IMG/VR virus record: IMGVR_UViG_3300032282_003280 | Coordinates: 1-64,000 of that record | DNA length: 64,000 bases | DNA from: a virus | Strand: one strand, 5' to 3' | Shown: positions 49,901-57,558 of the stretch, piece after piece | Numbering within the stretch: position 1 is the first letter of the stretch | Layout of the letters: each line of letters begins with the position of its first letter | Position numbers and translations under genes: made by a program | Notes under the pieces: generated by a model | The model's database searches: none | Seen by the model: only the letters and a program-made list of their open reading frames with translations | Told to the model about the DNA's origin: nothing

Positions 49901-52865
49901 TAATAGCTGTAGTAGGAAGAGTTGAACTATAAGTATATTGTTCTGAAGTTTTTTCATTAGGTTTAACATCTGGTACTACTTCTTCAGGATCTCCCTCTAC
50001 TGGAATACCTGATTTATTACTAATTTCCTTTTGAGAATTTTTTAACTTATTTGTCTTCTCACGCTCTTTTGCTAACTTAATAGCTTCTTCTGCTGCAAGC
50101 TCCTCTTTTGTTTTTTCAGCTTTATACTTAGATAAATCAGCTATATCTATTGTAGAAATATTACCTTCTGTATCCTCTACAGTAACTTTATTATCCTCTA
50201 TGGAAGTTACTTTTACAGAACCTAAATTCTTTAGTTTTTCATTTCTTATATCAGCTTCTGCTAATGCATCTTTTTGATTATCATAAGTAACAACAGTCTC
50301 TCCCTTATAGGTAAGGTTGAAGGCATTTCCTTCCTGCATTACTTTATACTCACCCCCTGGTAAAGTTCCAGTATAAGTACGACCAACCTGAATACCCTCT
50401 TTTTCGTTAGTAGGAACCTCTTCAGAAGGTTCTGCTTCTACATTATATATAGAGTCTTTCCATTTCTTGTAGTCAGAGGTAAATTTCTCATAACCTTTCT
50501 CAGAGAACAAATTATCATAAGCATCCCTAGCTATAACTTTGTCTCTACCTATTCTATTAAGGTCAGCACCTTTTTCAACTATAGATACTATTTGCTCTCT
50601 AGGGATAGACTGAAGATTTGATAAATTCCTATCAGAAACCTCATAGTTTAAAACATCTGAAGCTATTTTTAGTAAGTTATTCTCATCATTTGAGCTAATT
50701 GCAGTAGTTATATTAGAGGAAAGATTATTTAAATGTTGAATCTCCCTAAGAGTAGATACTCTTTGCTCATTTGGTATAGTTTTTTCATCTATACCTTTCT
50801 GAAGTTCTATAGCTTTTTGCTTATACTCATTACTAATGTTTCTAAGAGATTTTGTATCAGATATTCTCTGAGCAGCAGTATTATTAAGAAGTGGGTTTAT
50901 AGATAATAACTCCTGAGATATATTATTTTCTCTTGAGGTATAATCCTTCTCCATATAAGAGTAGAAAGATAGGGCCCTTTTATACTCCTCAAATGCTGAA
51001 TAATTCTCTGTATTATCTTTCGGGGAGAATGGGTTTTGAAATAAGTTAGATAAGGCATCTTCAGTTTTCTTAATCTCACCTGCCTTATTGATTAACATAT
51101 CTATATAAGAATGAGCACTTTCCTTATCTAACCCAAAAGTCTTAGACAATTCTTCCTGAGGGAGTTCCTTGAGGAGTTTTAACTGCTCAATCCTTAAATC
51201 AAACTGATTATTATCTATACCTGACTTTACAAAATTAAAGAACTCACTAGATTTAAAGTTCTTAAACTCATTTATATTATTGTTCTTTACAGCTTCTTGT
51301 AGACCTTGGGCATTGTGCAAACTTTGAGCAGTTGCATCAAGTTTATTTGAGAATACAGCACCTATACCATTCTGACTAAGAGCATTAATAGTTTTATTTG
51401 CAACCTCATCTTCTGATAACTTACCCATTTTTTTCTCTATACGAGATATAACAGGCCCTGTAATAGCACCAGTAAGACCGCCTATTAACATCTGTTCAAG
51501 ACCTTCAGATGTACCAAATTGTTGCTTTAAACCTTCTATAGTAGAGTTAATAGCATCTTGAACCGTTAAGTTTTGTTTAGAGTTATACTTTTTTGTAAAG
51601 TAATCTTCAGTACCTTTTTCTACAGCATATTGACCACCCTCTTCAAAAACACCTTCTGTAAATATATTTCCGGAAGATCTTTTAGTTATATCCCATACTT
51701 TTGCACCTAATGTCTCAGGTTTAACAACTTTTAGGTTATCAATAGAACCTAATTCGTCTATAGCAGTAGAAAGTTTTATTTTTCCAGAACGAATCTCATT
51801 CTTTAAAGCAGAGAAAGGTTTTAGTATACTATCAAACTGAAGAGAATTTGATATACTTAATAGAGCTATATTTGCCCCATACCTAATATTTGCAGAACTT
51901 GTAGCTAAGTCTTCAATCTTTGTTAACTCTTCTCCAGTAGGGTTAAATCCATGCTCTGCTATATACTGATTTGTTAATTTTTCTTTTACATCATTATAAC
52001 CTTGCCTTGCTTCCATTCCTGCTTCTGCATGTGCAGAAGTATATACACTTAAACCATATTGGATAGGTTTTGTTATTTTTACTTGTCCTGCAGAGGCTGC
52101 TAAATCATTAAGGGTTAAAAAGTTTTTTTCGGTAGCACCTACAGTTTTCCCTAGATTTAGGACTTGTTCTACATCATCAGTTTTTGAGAATATCTTACCA
52201 AGATATAAACCTGCTTTTGATACTTGATTTGAAATTAGTGGTATTTCACCTATACCCTCAGTAACAGCACCTATAAGCGCATCCTGAACAGCTGCTCCTC
52301 CAATTGCACCAATAGTATAACCTAAATTTTTAAGAAACTTATCCCCCCAAAAATTAGCCATACCTGAAGGAGTTACAGCACTCATAAAAGGATGTTCCTT
52401 TTCCCACTTAGTGTAGTAGTTAGGAAATTTATCCTCTAAGTTCTGCATCCATTTGTCAACCTCAAAAGATGCTTCATTTTTATAAATATTATCACCTTTA
52501 GATGCTCTTATAGCATCTGGAATAGTAAGCATTGCATTAGCAAAAGAACCTATAGCAAGTCCTCCCGTTTTAACTAATGAATTACCTATTTGTTTATACC
52601 AAGGTTGAGCCTGACCATAAATTTCCTCATTATCTAATGAAGGATTATATATAGGGTACCTTGAAGATTCCTGTCCTGAGAAAGGGGTAAGTTGATTTGG
52701 TTGACCTTGCTCAAGTTTTAATGCCTGTTGTTTAAAAATATCTCCTAGAGACAGTTCTTGTGAAACTGGCTTTACACTTGGATTATTTGGCTGAGGTATT
52801 GATTTATCAGCATTATAATTATCAGGTATAATTGGATTAATTTGGTTATTTATATCAAAAGGCAT
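40953..52865 (-). CDS. Giant virion-packaged RNA polymerase of crAss-like phages (3970 aa, multidomain fusion)
   Basis: Catalytic GSDFDIDKL (about 44010-44024), GFRIPTQG, KR..SY.SP, ADGS, AFVDVAKDP; N-terminal Gly-rich hydrophobic helices; internal zincin-like region. Confidence 0.92.
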   Translation of the reverse strand: MPFDINNQINPIIPDNYNADKSIPQPNNPSVKPVSQELSLGDIFKQQALKLEQGQPNQLTPFSGQESSRYPIYNPSLDNEEIYGQAQPWYKQIGNSLVKTGGLAIGSFANAMLTIPDAIRASKGDNIYKNEASFEVDKWMQNLEDKFPNYYTKWEKEHPFMSAVTPSGMANFWGDKFLKNLGYTIGAIGGAAVQDALIGAVTEGIGEIPLISNQVSKAGLYLGKIFSKTDDVEQVLNLGKTVGATEKNFLTLNDLAASAGQVKITKPIQYGLSVYTSAHAEAGMEARQGYNDVKEKLTNQYIAEHGFNPTGEELTKIEDLATSSANIRYGANIALLSISNSLQFDSILKPFSALKNEIRSGKIKLSTAIDELGSIDNLKVVKPETLGAKVWDITKRSSGNIFTEGVFEEGGQYAVEKGTEDYFTKKYNSKQNLTVQDAINSTIEGLKQQFGTSEGLEQMLIGGLTGAITGPVISRIEKKMGKLSEDEVANKTINALSQNGIGAVFSNKLDATAQSLHNAQGLQEAVKNNNINEFKNFKSSEFFNFVKSGIDNNQFDLRIEQLKLLKELPQEELSKTFGLDKESAHSYIDMLINKAGEIKKTEDALSNLFQNPFSPKDNTENYSAFEEYKRALSFYSYMEKDYTSRENNISQELLSINPLLNNTAAQRISDTKSLRNISNEYKQKAIELQKGIDEKTIPNEQRVSTLREIQHLNNLSSNITTAISSNDENNLLKIASDVLNYEVSDRNLSNLQSIPREQIVSIVEKGADLNRIGRDKVIARDAYDNLFSEKGYEKFTSDYKKWKDSIYNVEAEPSEEVPTNEKEGIQVGRTYTGTLPGGEYKVMQEGNAFNLTYKGETVVTYDNQKDALAEADIRNEKLKNLGSVKVTSIEDNKVTVEDTEGNISTIDIADLSKYKAEKTKEELAAEEAIKLAKEREKTNKLKNSQKEISNKSGIPVEGDPEEVVPDVKPNEKTSEQYTYSSTLPTTAITSAATDSKKVLTNVPSHIRRYLHFASIAKNLPNRENLRQIRFTLNQEGLIGIDGAIEHIAGTFPREKWVSPEDGIIALVTVEDTKDGAYFIDQEGKRVGKVGEKTDPTLLVYGTMSSTFAIKNNPELQESFKKTREDIFNAKGVDKFQFNLSAGFAIPSAEVNGVRERVPASKSLASEKVINNNKVLFVPDGQIVHQGRTVSIPKGRTVFQWEDTNYILRNRKLTNREKDVLYKLILKLANSTSKDYNFDPSIMSYLSNILFWNDTPKTSVNQIYVNPETFELILGNKGEKVFFTEEGIKEGEEKIKSFLDAAYFQVNKYTLDNNFNDSFYEITDIDEKGNPQTKEWKNYQDFLLSDKGRAIDEIPLYTSVRAISDSVPNDYNFDQKYIILSNAEIVSPKKEEVIVEEAPIEEEKPLVGEGVFKFDDGIEFKYTIDDEGRAILDMEDPNYQENLKNTIQTMNLKKLPDGRFLMAAIKDQLGGGFSDVDSAIIYLESTITESLQPSQNDLGQTENKVTKTTKGKVKDNRDYSRVGSANVPRMSAAEYADLANFMKEKLPQIPMVELNELIDTTDGGKAWGMLSNGITYIFKNAKAGTGYHEAFEAVWKYFLTEAQKQEILNEQRVKSGLFKDYRGKTIEYSKATDAQLKEKLADDFADYRLKQLSATSLSEKVLRFFNKLINWFKSVFSKKSMTNSLFEKISKGGFKEAVLPLDLTALEYSAIPGYSQEDTHDLIQDVIVKLLTGIVDNPDKSIFNTEDILSEDTLNSIRDDYSSFDNDEWSEIMNRVKIYLKRFNIEFDEASTANINIENSNRNDYSPEAFTVDVKKSSPYAVKLILASLPKTDSKLGKNDLGLTKVFKNDTGMELVYLNKVFAVLYDKLNGIRDINDMSKRIQELASEDSDYERLASRLKIDLNTGAINESSLNSDSLRLLLQFYNVFSKQKPIAWTMLNMDGDIKINESDQNSAIKQKVREWLYAFKTSDFVLKENGLYKVSPKITSTAIPNNPAGAVQFLNKLGIDFPINVVYNLSDKEKTNLISLANRIKSYANTKDSFKNIRSWQTIGISEPVSEISKLLLKASAEGQEVTSLNVENKRIQNYTGGNRVSSFEFDFNSAETLDELKSLYPELNDSFATNSLILKKDGYFWDEDGNKKKGVNIKVSYAQGFDDNGKGTSTARLTRPNAKLEEINLNAQGTYYVLIPADSSTQWSIDLYDFVSLNSFANPQGAWSKIYTIFQDYLKDEITLAQEYSIRDNNKNVKSKAKELRFFKDILPEGLQTKLSDIILKGENPNDFITENTEEINSSVKFFIEEKVKKSREELTKLNQIRTVEDNVYSIPLLLDSIFNDSKGLVVKDKYNLSSKQVDNILTFSNVNYIIANIEMHKILFGDPYQFKIKDGKLDETKRIKSYLSPRQTTHQSTNVDNMLNNMYNKAGNVELSSNDPGYTQFKPNITTIVTTIANNSEDIFGSLALSGNENYSKVTEADGSSTIMLTAFRQAKIKNGQWDNKQAESWYQWEMAYTRSQLSKKGEYNYSSENLKETDKKTLSKPKPEYKLEVLKSLYTGPKFGKSYIDNVIDKMSQMPLIYSAVEGYPNLEKLFVKMFKEGIDYVIMPSGRKEGIEEENNLYNQDGSFNTNPFNNKVELQWKHWGIQVENSYSDKKQTEGSQSNKIVTIDLFDKGIPTDIKLSKSEWDSLSEDDKKKMSPHYKAVVRFETIKKEKIKNGYYSLLSKIGVIEVPGNFPGTTRYQVVDSEKLANALKSEMYKRDLSDNIIESININPETGDFVIPFEANSSYIKIRDIIWSFVDKSITSPSMSGKALVQVTSLLWEKNGRQAMYKKDDKWEKVTDYEALTDEEKKTVVLTSTDLKFYTKDEPWCEVYLPNWFADKLKKLDIFQDNTDEEIIEYLNKTEEGRSILTGIGFRIPTQGLNSMEVFKVKGFLAPEMGNTVVVPSEITTKAGSDFDIDKLNTYLKNVYVDPFTKDLKLVPYYGVGTEAKEKLREFLDGKFETDALAIRYILSVEKPASKEEADLEKLIDKLYNQSLDNEYIDAMQELLQLPGNFNRLIEPNTSTDLQELASEINKLEMKSEESIKNKLLDRSYMSNLRYAFLTAKKWVGIGAVGITGTSVFQKSSIYIDPSKTENLDSRQNHYIGNGIINLPHNTVTIGGKVYPSLSGVMDKAGKYISNKLSQYINAFVDVAKDPFITDVIYSDKVVSTFMFLERLGVPMSTVAFFMNQPIIKQYVEWVENNEKQILDFVKDEQEFSEGVMNFIEGNNFSGPDVKEPTKFDEGVLKGNILRYNNPKYKSTLDNNFKYQQRQMLKEFFKYFAMAEQLFDFTQAYTYDTTNFRSSDALLRKQLRTEVAKGNIISSIDNLMDSSYVGTDAEYLEKSDLALSEYFKFNSNRISAILDPIKKIYSEKFVKADKFQNIADKITTSFIDYLSQIGAGLSNEVSNLMSGRESVAKKVLQAKSLYPANYLLDLIKIHDTGVEGSAVGIVIKAGSDGYSQDLFTGYLRELRDDIRTFDLYNDIVKAAIIQGIYTSPISFANLIPLEDYAANLAQIMNQIDSIPNLEEFNSQAMFQRQKWRDDDIIPDYLPPYFPATETRGASIPVFTTKVITDENGNKRQVNDLSIIQLNKTYDAKFASKPVIKIRAWAKDKFTGKLKDILTNRSLSTEEIKKARKEGFSPTEYFYGYKKVYNTDGTPLITINYKGEEQFLYKAINLLGDGTSINEYSDIIKPSSFNNNTEKVVELSDEEVVNMIKSSDKYTMKPEIITLKDGKKYQRQTLNLPYLLRLGYTEAEALEILPEFTLKSEDEIKNLAPTQPIGEEVKPNIRPLITVESAKAKGTFRGKPLLFVDGINSPKDKPVAMLNDKGKIVIVESVMRSKFNEKAWTRPSTQKDGSTTTPISENQFSKFEEWFTFALLHESYHDSIKKESTETIGQYEDRINEAALNDLKKNYLGTIISVSGGPTIDITNQNNCG

Positions 52866-55333
52866 TACTGAGAATTATATTTTTTAGTGTAATAATCTTT
52901 AACTTCTGGTTGAGAGTGAGTTAGGGTATATACTAAATCTTCTCTTGTATATTTTTGACCGGTAAAAGGGTCAATAGAGTTTGATACATTATTCAAACTT
53001 TGTACTATAACATCTACTGAATTAGGATTTGGTAAACTTGTTGTAGAATCATATTTAATATCTATTGCATTGGCCCCATCAAGAACTTTTATAGCATAGC
53101 CTCCAGAATAACCCTTAACTATTTTATATCTTAATTTTCCATCATCCGTAGTCATAGTATTTGGGCCAGAAGAAGGAGTACTACCGGTAAGATCTACAGT
53201 TTTTTGTAACCAACCATAAGGGCTTATATAGGGTACTATTTGTTGACTTCCTGTAAATTTTACTTGTTGAGTGCCTTCTTTTCCCTCAACACTAAAGGTG
53301 ATATACTGTTGACCTGTTATATCAACATAAGAACCTATAGGTTTTATTTTTTCCTCATCTTTTATATCTTCTAATCCTTGATTTACAACTTCTTGTTTTA
53401 TTATCCTTCTTAGTGGTTGTACTTTTTCACCAGTCTCCGAAAATATATTAATTTTTGGAGCATATCCTATACCTCTATCTGCAAGTAGTTTATTTTGATA
53501 CTCAACCCTTTTATCTAAAACATTGTTTATAGGTTTTATAATACCATCAACTACTTTACTGTATTCATTAGGATTATTTACCAATTCCTTTAATCTATAA
53601 AATTCTGGACTTGATTTATATTTTTCAAGTATTGTATTTTTTGCAGTCTTTTCTGCATCATATCTTTGAGATCTTTCAGTACTTTGTTCGTTGATTTGCT
53701 GAGTAAGTTTATTTACATCATCATTAAACTTCTTAAAGGTTGTACTAAAATACGAGTTTGGAAGAATGTACAAACCTCTTCCTGTAGGAGTCCCATCAGG
53801 AGAGTAGTTTTGTATATTTACAGTAATTCCTTTATTGTTAGTTATAGGAAATGCAGCAGTTGCTTCTTCTGCTGTTTTATTTTGTAACTCTTGAAGAGCA
53901 TCAATTTGTAGACCTATTTGACGTTGTTGTTTTTTATAATCTAAATAATCTTTACTTGGAGAATTACCTTTTGCTATAGCATCTTCTTGAGCAGCTATAT
54001 ATGCAGTAAACTGAGCATCTTTTTGCTGAGGTGTTAAATTACTACCAGATTCTTTTAAACTATTAAAGTAAGTTTGTTTGAGTCTAGATGTTATACCTAA
54101 TTGTTGAGTCTCTAATGATTTTATATTATCATGATTCTTATCTAATGAATATTTTGCTTCCTCACTAGGAGCACCTCCTTGAACATCATACCCAAAACCC
54201 GGTGTAGTTGACTCCTTTACTTTTTGAGAAACATGATATAAAGGAGAATTTACATCTAAAGGTTCTCCTGTAGAAGGGTCTAGTCCGGCTTTTAAGAACT
54301 CTACATACCTATTAGCTAAAGGAGTTTCTTTTACCTCAGATTCAATATTTTGCTTTTGATATCTTATTATTGCATCATTAGTTATAGAATTCCTAAATAA
54401 AGTATACTTTTTAGCACTGTCTGAAGCAGAAGTTAAGCCCTGTATAGTCTCCCTAAGGTTCCCTTCATTCTCAGCTAATATCTTTCTATACTTTGTTACT
54501 AAATCTGCATTATTAGGATTTGCATCTATTTGAGTTTGTATATTCTTATTTATAGAATCAAAGTGTTGTTTTACTGTATCAATATAACCACCAATAGCTT
54601 TATTTATATCATCCGGTGTATGATTTCTAAACTCATAATCAGAGTCCATTTGAACAGCATCTTGATATTGAGGGTTTACCTGGAAGAAAGAGTTTACAGC
54701 ATTTTTTATTGTGTCTGGAGAAACTAAACTTGATTTACTTATAACATACTCAAACTTACCATTCTCATTAATATTGGTTGTTACATTAGGATCAAGCTCC
54801 TTTAGCATATCAGTTAGAGGTTTTCTATAATCCTGATATATAGAAGGTGATGACGGACCATTATAAATAGCTCCGGGAGTTTGATCATTATAATACTTTT
54901 GTATATATTGATCATCTCTGTATTTTGCTTGAGCAGGATATTTCTCTGGATTCTTTGAAGTCAACTCTCTTACTCCATTGTAATAAGATTTAATTTTATG
55001 AGTAGAAGCTACTGCATTTTGTATATCTTGATCTCTATATATCTCAGATGCCATAGAACCTACTTGAGATACCATTCTTTGATTACCCCAGTCAGCACCT
55101 GCAAGATTGTTTATCTTTGTGGTTATATCATCTAACTTAGTCTGTAGATGTTCTTTATCTACATCACGTATTAACTCTACTCCGGCTATTTTATCAAGGG
55201 TTCCCTCTATCTTCTGAACATTTTGGTCATACTGAGCTTGCTTTGCCATACCTATTTGAGCATATGTATTCACATCATACGCTGGGGTATACTTAGCAAA
55301 CTGAGGGTTAGGATTATCGTATTGAGAAGCCAT
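52865..55333 (-). CDS. Ejected virion cargo protein (822 aa)
   Basis: MASQY...KQAQYDQNVQKI N-terminus; TAATG-coupled to the RNAP gene. Confidence 0.65.
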   Translation of the reverse strand: MASQYDNPNPQFAKYTPAYDVNTYAQIGMAKQAQYDQNVQKIEGTLDKIAGVELIRDVDKEHLQTKLDDITTKINNLAGADWGNQRMVSQVGSMASEIYRDQDIQNAVASTHKIKSYYNGVRELTSKNPEKYPAQAKYRDDQYIQKYYNDQTPGAIYNGPSSPSIYQDYRKPLTDMLKELDPNVTTNINENGKFEYVISKSSLVSPDTIKNAVNSFFQVNPQYQDAVQMDSDYEFRNHTPDDINKAIGGYIDTVKQHFDSINKNIQTQIDANPNNADLVTKYRKILAENEGNLRETIQGLTSASDSAKKYTLFRNSITNDAIIRYQKQNIESEVKETPLANRYVEFLKAGLDPSTGEPLDVNSPLYHVSQKVKESTTPGFGYDVQGGAPSEEAKYSLDKNHDNIKSLETQQLGITSRLKQTYFNSLKESGSNLTPQQKDAQFTAYIAAQEDAIAKGNSPSKDYLDYKKQQRQIGLQIDALQELQNKTAEEATAAFPITNNKGITVNIQNYSPDGTPTGRGLYILPNSYFSTTFKKFNDDVNKLTQQINEQSTERSQRYDAEKTAKNTILEKYKSSPEFYRLKELVNNPNEYSKVVDGIIKPINNVLDKRVEYQNKLLADRGIGYAPKINIFSETGEKVQPLRRIIKQEVVNQGLEDIKDEEKIKPIGSYVDITGQQYITFSVEGKEGTQQVKFTGSQQIVPYISPYGWLQKTVDLTGSTPSSGPNTMTTDDGKLRYKIVKGYSGGYAIKVLDGANAIDIKYDSTTSLPNPNSVDVIVQSLNNVSNSIDPFTGQKYTREDLVYTLTHSQPEVKDYYTKKYNSQ

Positions 55334-55336
55334 TTA

Positions 55337-55368
55337 CAAATATATTAAATTTTATTGGTATCTCCAAG
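55337..55368 (-). promoter_or_regulatory. Bacteroidota sigma-A promoter (CTTG-N20-TATATTTG) for the cargo/RNAP operon
   Basis: Consensus spacing; ATG lies 3 nt after the -7 box. Confidence 0.65.
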
Positions 55369-55401
55369 TTTTATTATTGATTTCAAAGAGATTAATTAAG
55401 A

Positions 55402-57534
55402 TTATTTCATAGAATTACCCCACTTAGCCATAGTTTTCTTCAAGGCTATCTTAGCACCATACTTAGCCTCTTCTTCTGGTTTATTTATAACCTCAGTTCT
55501 CATAAGTTTATTATCAGGACCATAAACTTGTTTTGTCTGTGTTTTTGACATTTCTGGGGATTTTGAAGATTGACCAGTTACTAGTCTAGAATCAAAGTAA
55601 TGAGGGTCATTCTGATTAACAAACTGACTGGTAGAAGGGTTATAACGATAACCAAACATATTTTCCATCATTCTTACTTGATTCTGTTGCTGTTTAGCCT
55701 GTTGTACTTTATCCACTATTGAGTTAGCTGCAGCATACTTACGAGACTTTGTAACAGCTTTATTCTTAGCCATGGTATCTTGTTGAATACCGGCAAATTG
55801 TAAATTCTGTAACATTGCACTATTTAGGAGACCTACATTCTTATTGGTAACATCTTCCTGAATAGCTTGGTTAGTCCTAAATTGGTCTGCAAGTACTTGA
55901 GAATCAGCATTATACTTCTGGGCACCTAGTACAGAGAGAGCCTCTGGATTATTGGGAAGTTGTTGAGTAAGAGCTCTAAAAGTAGAGTTATTTTCATTTA
56001 ACTTATCCTGAAAAGATACTTGATAAGGAGTATATAAATTTGGTTGATATGAGAAGTGAGGTACATAATCAGGTCTTTCAGTAAGTGTTACCAACTCTGG
56101 GAGTACAGACAGTGGGTTAAAACCCATCTGATCAGCAAGAGATGTCTTTTTTACAGGTTGCATTGCTTTATTATATGCAGTCTGTTCAGCAATTCCTCTA
56201 TTTAACTGACCTTGAGTAGCTTCTTTAGGGGTAAACTCATTACCAGGAATAGATAGTTCTTGCATTGGACTAAAACCTAAAGAAGGCATTTCATTAGTAG
56301 TATACTTTTTATTTCCAGAAATTACTACCTCTGGCATTTGATTTATGTATTCTTTACCAGTTGCTTTTTTGTAGGCATTTTGAAGTTTTAAACTATTTGA
56401 GAACTTTAACTTCGAATCATCCCCAAAGTGAAGATGTTCTCCTGTCCAATGTTTAGTTTTTACTCCTCCTATAGAAGGTGCTTCATTTAAATAACCTAAA
56501 TCGTTATTGGATATATACTCCATGACTTTAGGATTGTTCATAATAGACTTATTAAAGTCTTCAAAACTTGTATTATTTCCAGGTTGTAAATCTACTGCTT
56601 TACCTTTTTGATGCCATGAAAAATCACCATCTGGTTTTCTTAGTGCAGAACTTACTTTATAAGGGATACCCTCTTGTTTTAATAAGTTAAGAAAACCTTG
56701 ATAGCGAGTATCTAAACCATCTTCGGCCATCCCAAAGTAGTTAAGACCTTCAGGTACCATATTCATACCCATCTCAGCTTTAGAACCACCTCCTGCTACC
56801 CACCCGAAATAACGCCTTTGTTTAGGAGTAAGGGGTTGACCATGCACTGTTCCATCATGAAGAATTTCTCTTGCTTTCTCAGCAGATAACTGTCCACCGG
56901 CAGCATACATGAACTCTTGTGAGGGTGGGTCTACTTTAACTCGTAGGGTACCACCCTTCTTCATCTTCTTAGAGAGTTCCTGAGGTTCCATACCAAACTT
57001 ATCGGCAGTACTAAGCATTGCATTCTGAGTAGTAGTCAATGTATCCTTCTGAAGATATGCTAAGTTATTCTGTTGATTAGCAGCATCTTGTAGAACTTTA
57101 CCTGTATTAAAACTTAAGGCTTGATAGGGGTTATAGGGGCTGTTTGTATTAATATAGTCAGTAGCCTTAGTTTGGTTTTTAAAGGCTTTGTTCTCAATCT
57201 TTGCTATATCTTTGAATGCAGTCTTAAACTTTTGATTGGTTCCTGGTACTAACATATTACCTCCTACAATAGCGGAGTTGTCCATTGTTATACCATTATC
57301 AGATTGTGTTAAGAATGGTACAATAGATTGATCTCCTCCTCTTTGAGGTTGAATGTGCATAGTTTCCCCTGCTTCTGCCTCTATGACATTATTACCATAG
57401 CGAACCTTAGTACCACCCTTCTCATGAGACTTACCCTTTAGGAGAATAGTATTAGGACTTAACATCTCAAACTGATTACCTTCTATCTGTAAACCAGTAT
57501 CTGCTTTAGGGAGAGATTTTATACGTACCTTCAT
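55402..57534 (-). CDS. Virion cargo protein (710 aa) with an inserted peptidase M15-like domain
   Basis: GKSHEKGG...IEAEAGE motif; SSALR...SWH.KG.AVD...HLH; MKKGG, YAAGG and AxxG motifs. Confidence 0.65.
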   Translation of the reverse strand: MKVRIKSLPKADTGLQIEGNQFEMLSPNTILLKGKSHEKGGTKVRYGNNVIEAEAGETMHIQPQRGGDQSIVPFLTQSDNGITMDNSAIVGGNMLVPGTNQKFKTAFKDIAKIENKAFKNQTKATDYINTNSPYNPYQALSFNTGKVLQDAANQQNNLAYLQKDTLTTTQNAMLSTADKFGMEPQELSKKMKKGGTLRVKVDPPSQEFMYAAGGQLSAEKAREILHDGTVHGQPLTPKQRRYFGWVAGGGSKAEMGMNMVPEGLNYFGMAEDGLDTRYQGFLNLLKQEGIPYKVSSALRKPDGDFSWHQKGKAVDLQPGNNTSFEDFNKSIMNNPKVMEYISNNDLGYLNEAPSIGGVKTKHWTGEHLHFGDDSKLKFSNSLKLQNAYKKATGKEYINQMPEVVISGNKKYTTNEMPSLGFSPMQELSIPGNEFTPKEATQGQLNRGIAEQTAYNKAMQPVKKTSLADQMGFNPLSVLPELVTLTERPDYVPHFSYQPNLYTPYQVSFQDKLNENNSTFRALTQQLPNNPEALSVLGAQKYNADSQVLADQFRTNQAIQEDVTNKNVGLLNSAMLQNLQFAGIQQDTMAKNKAVTKSRKYAAANSIVDKVQQAKQQQNQVRMMENMFGYRYNPSTSQFVNQNDPHYFDSRLVTGQSSKSPEMSKTQTKQVYGPDNKLMRTEVINKPEEEAKYGAKIALKKTMAKWGNSMK

Positions 57535-57558
57535 TATAAAGTTTTGTTTTTATTAGTA

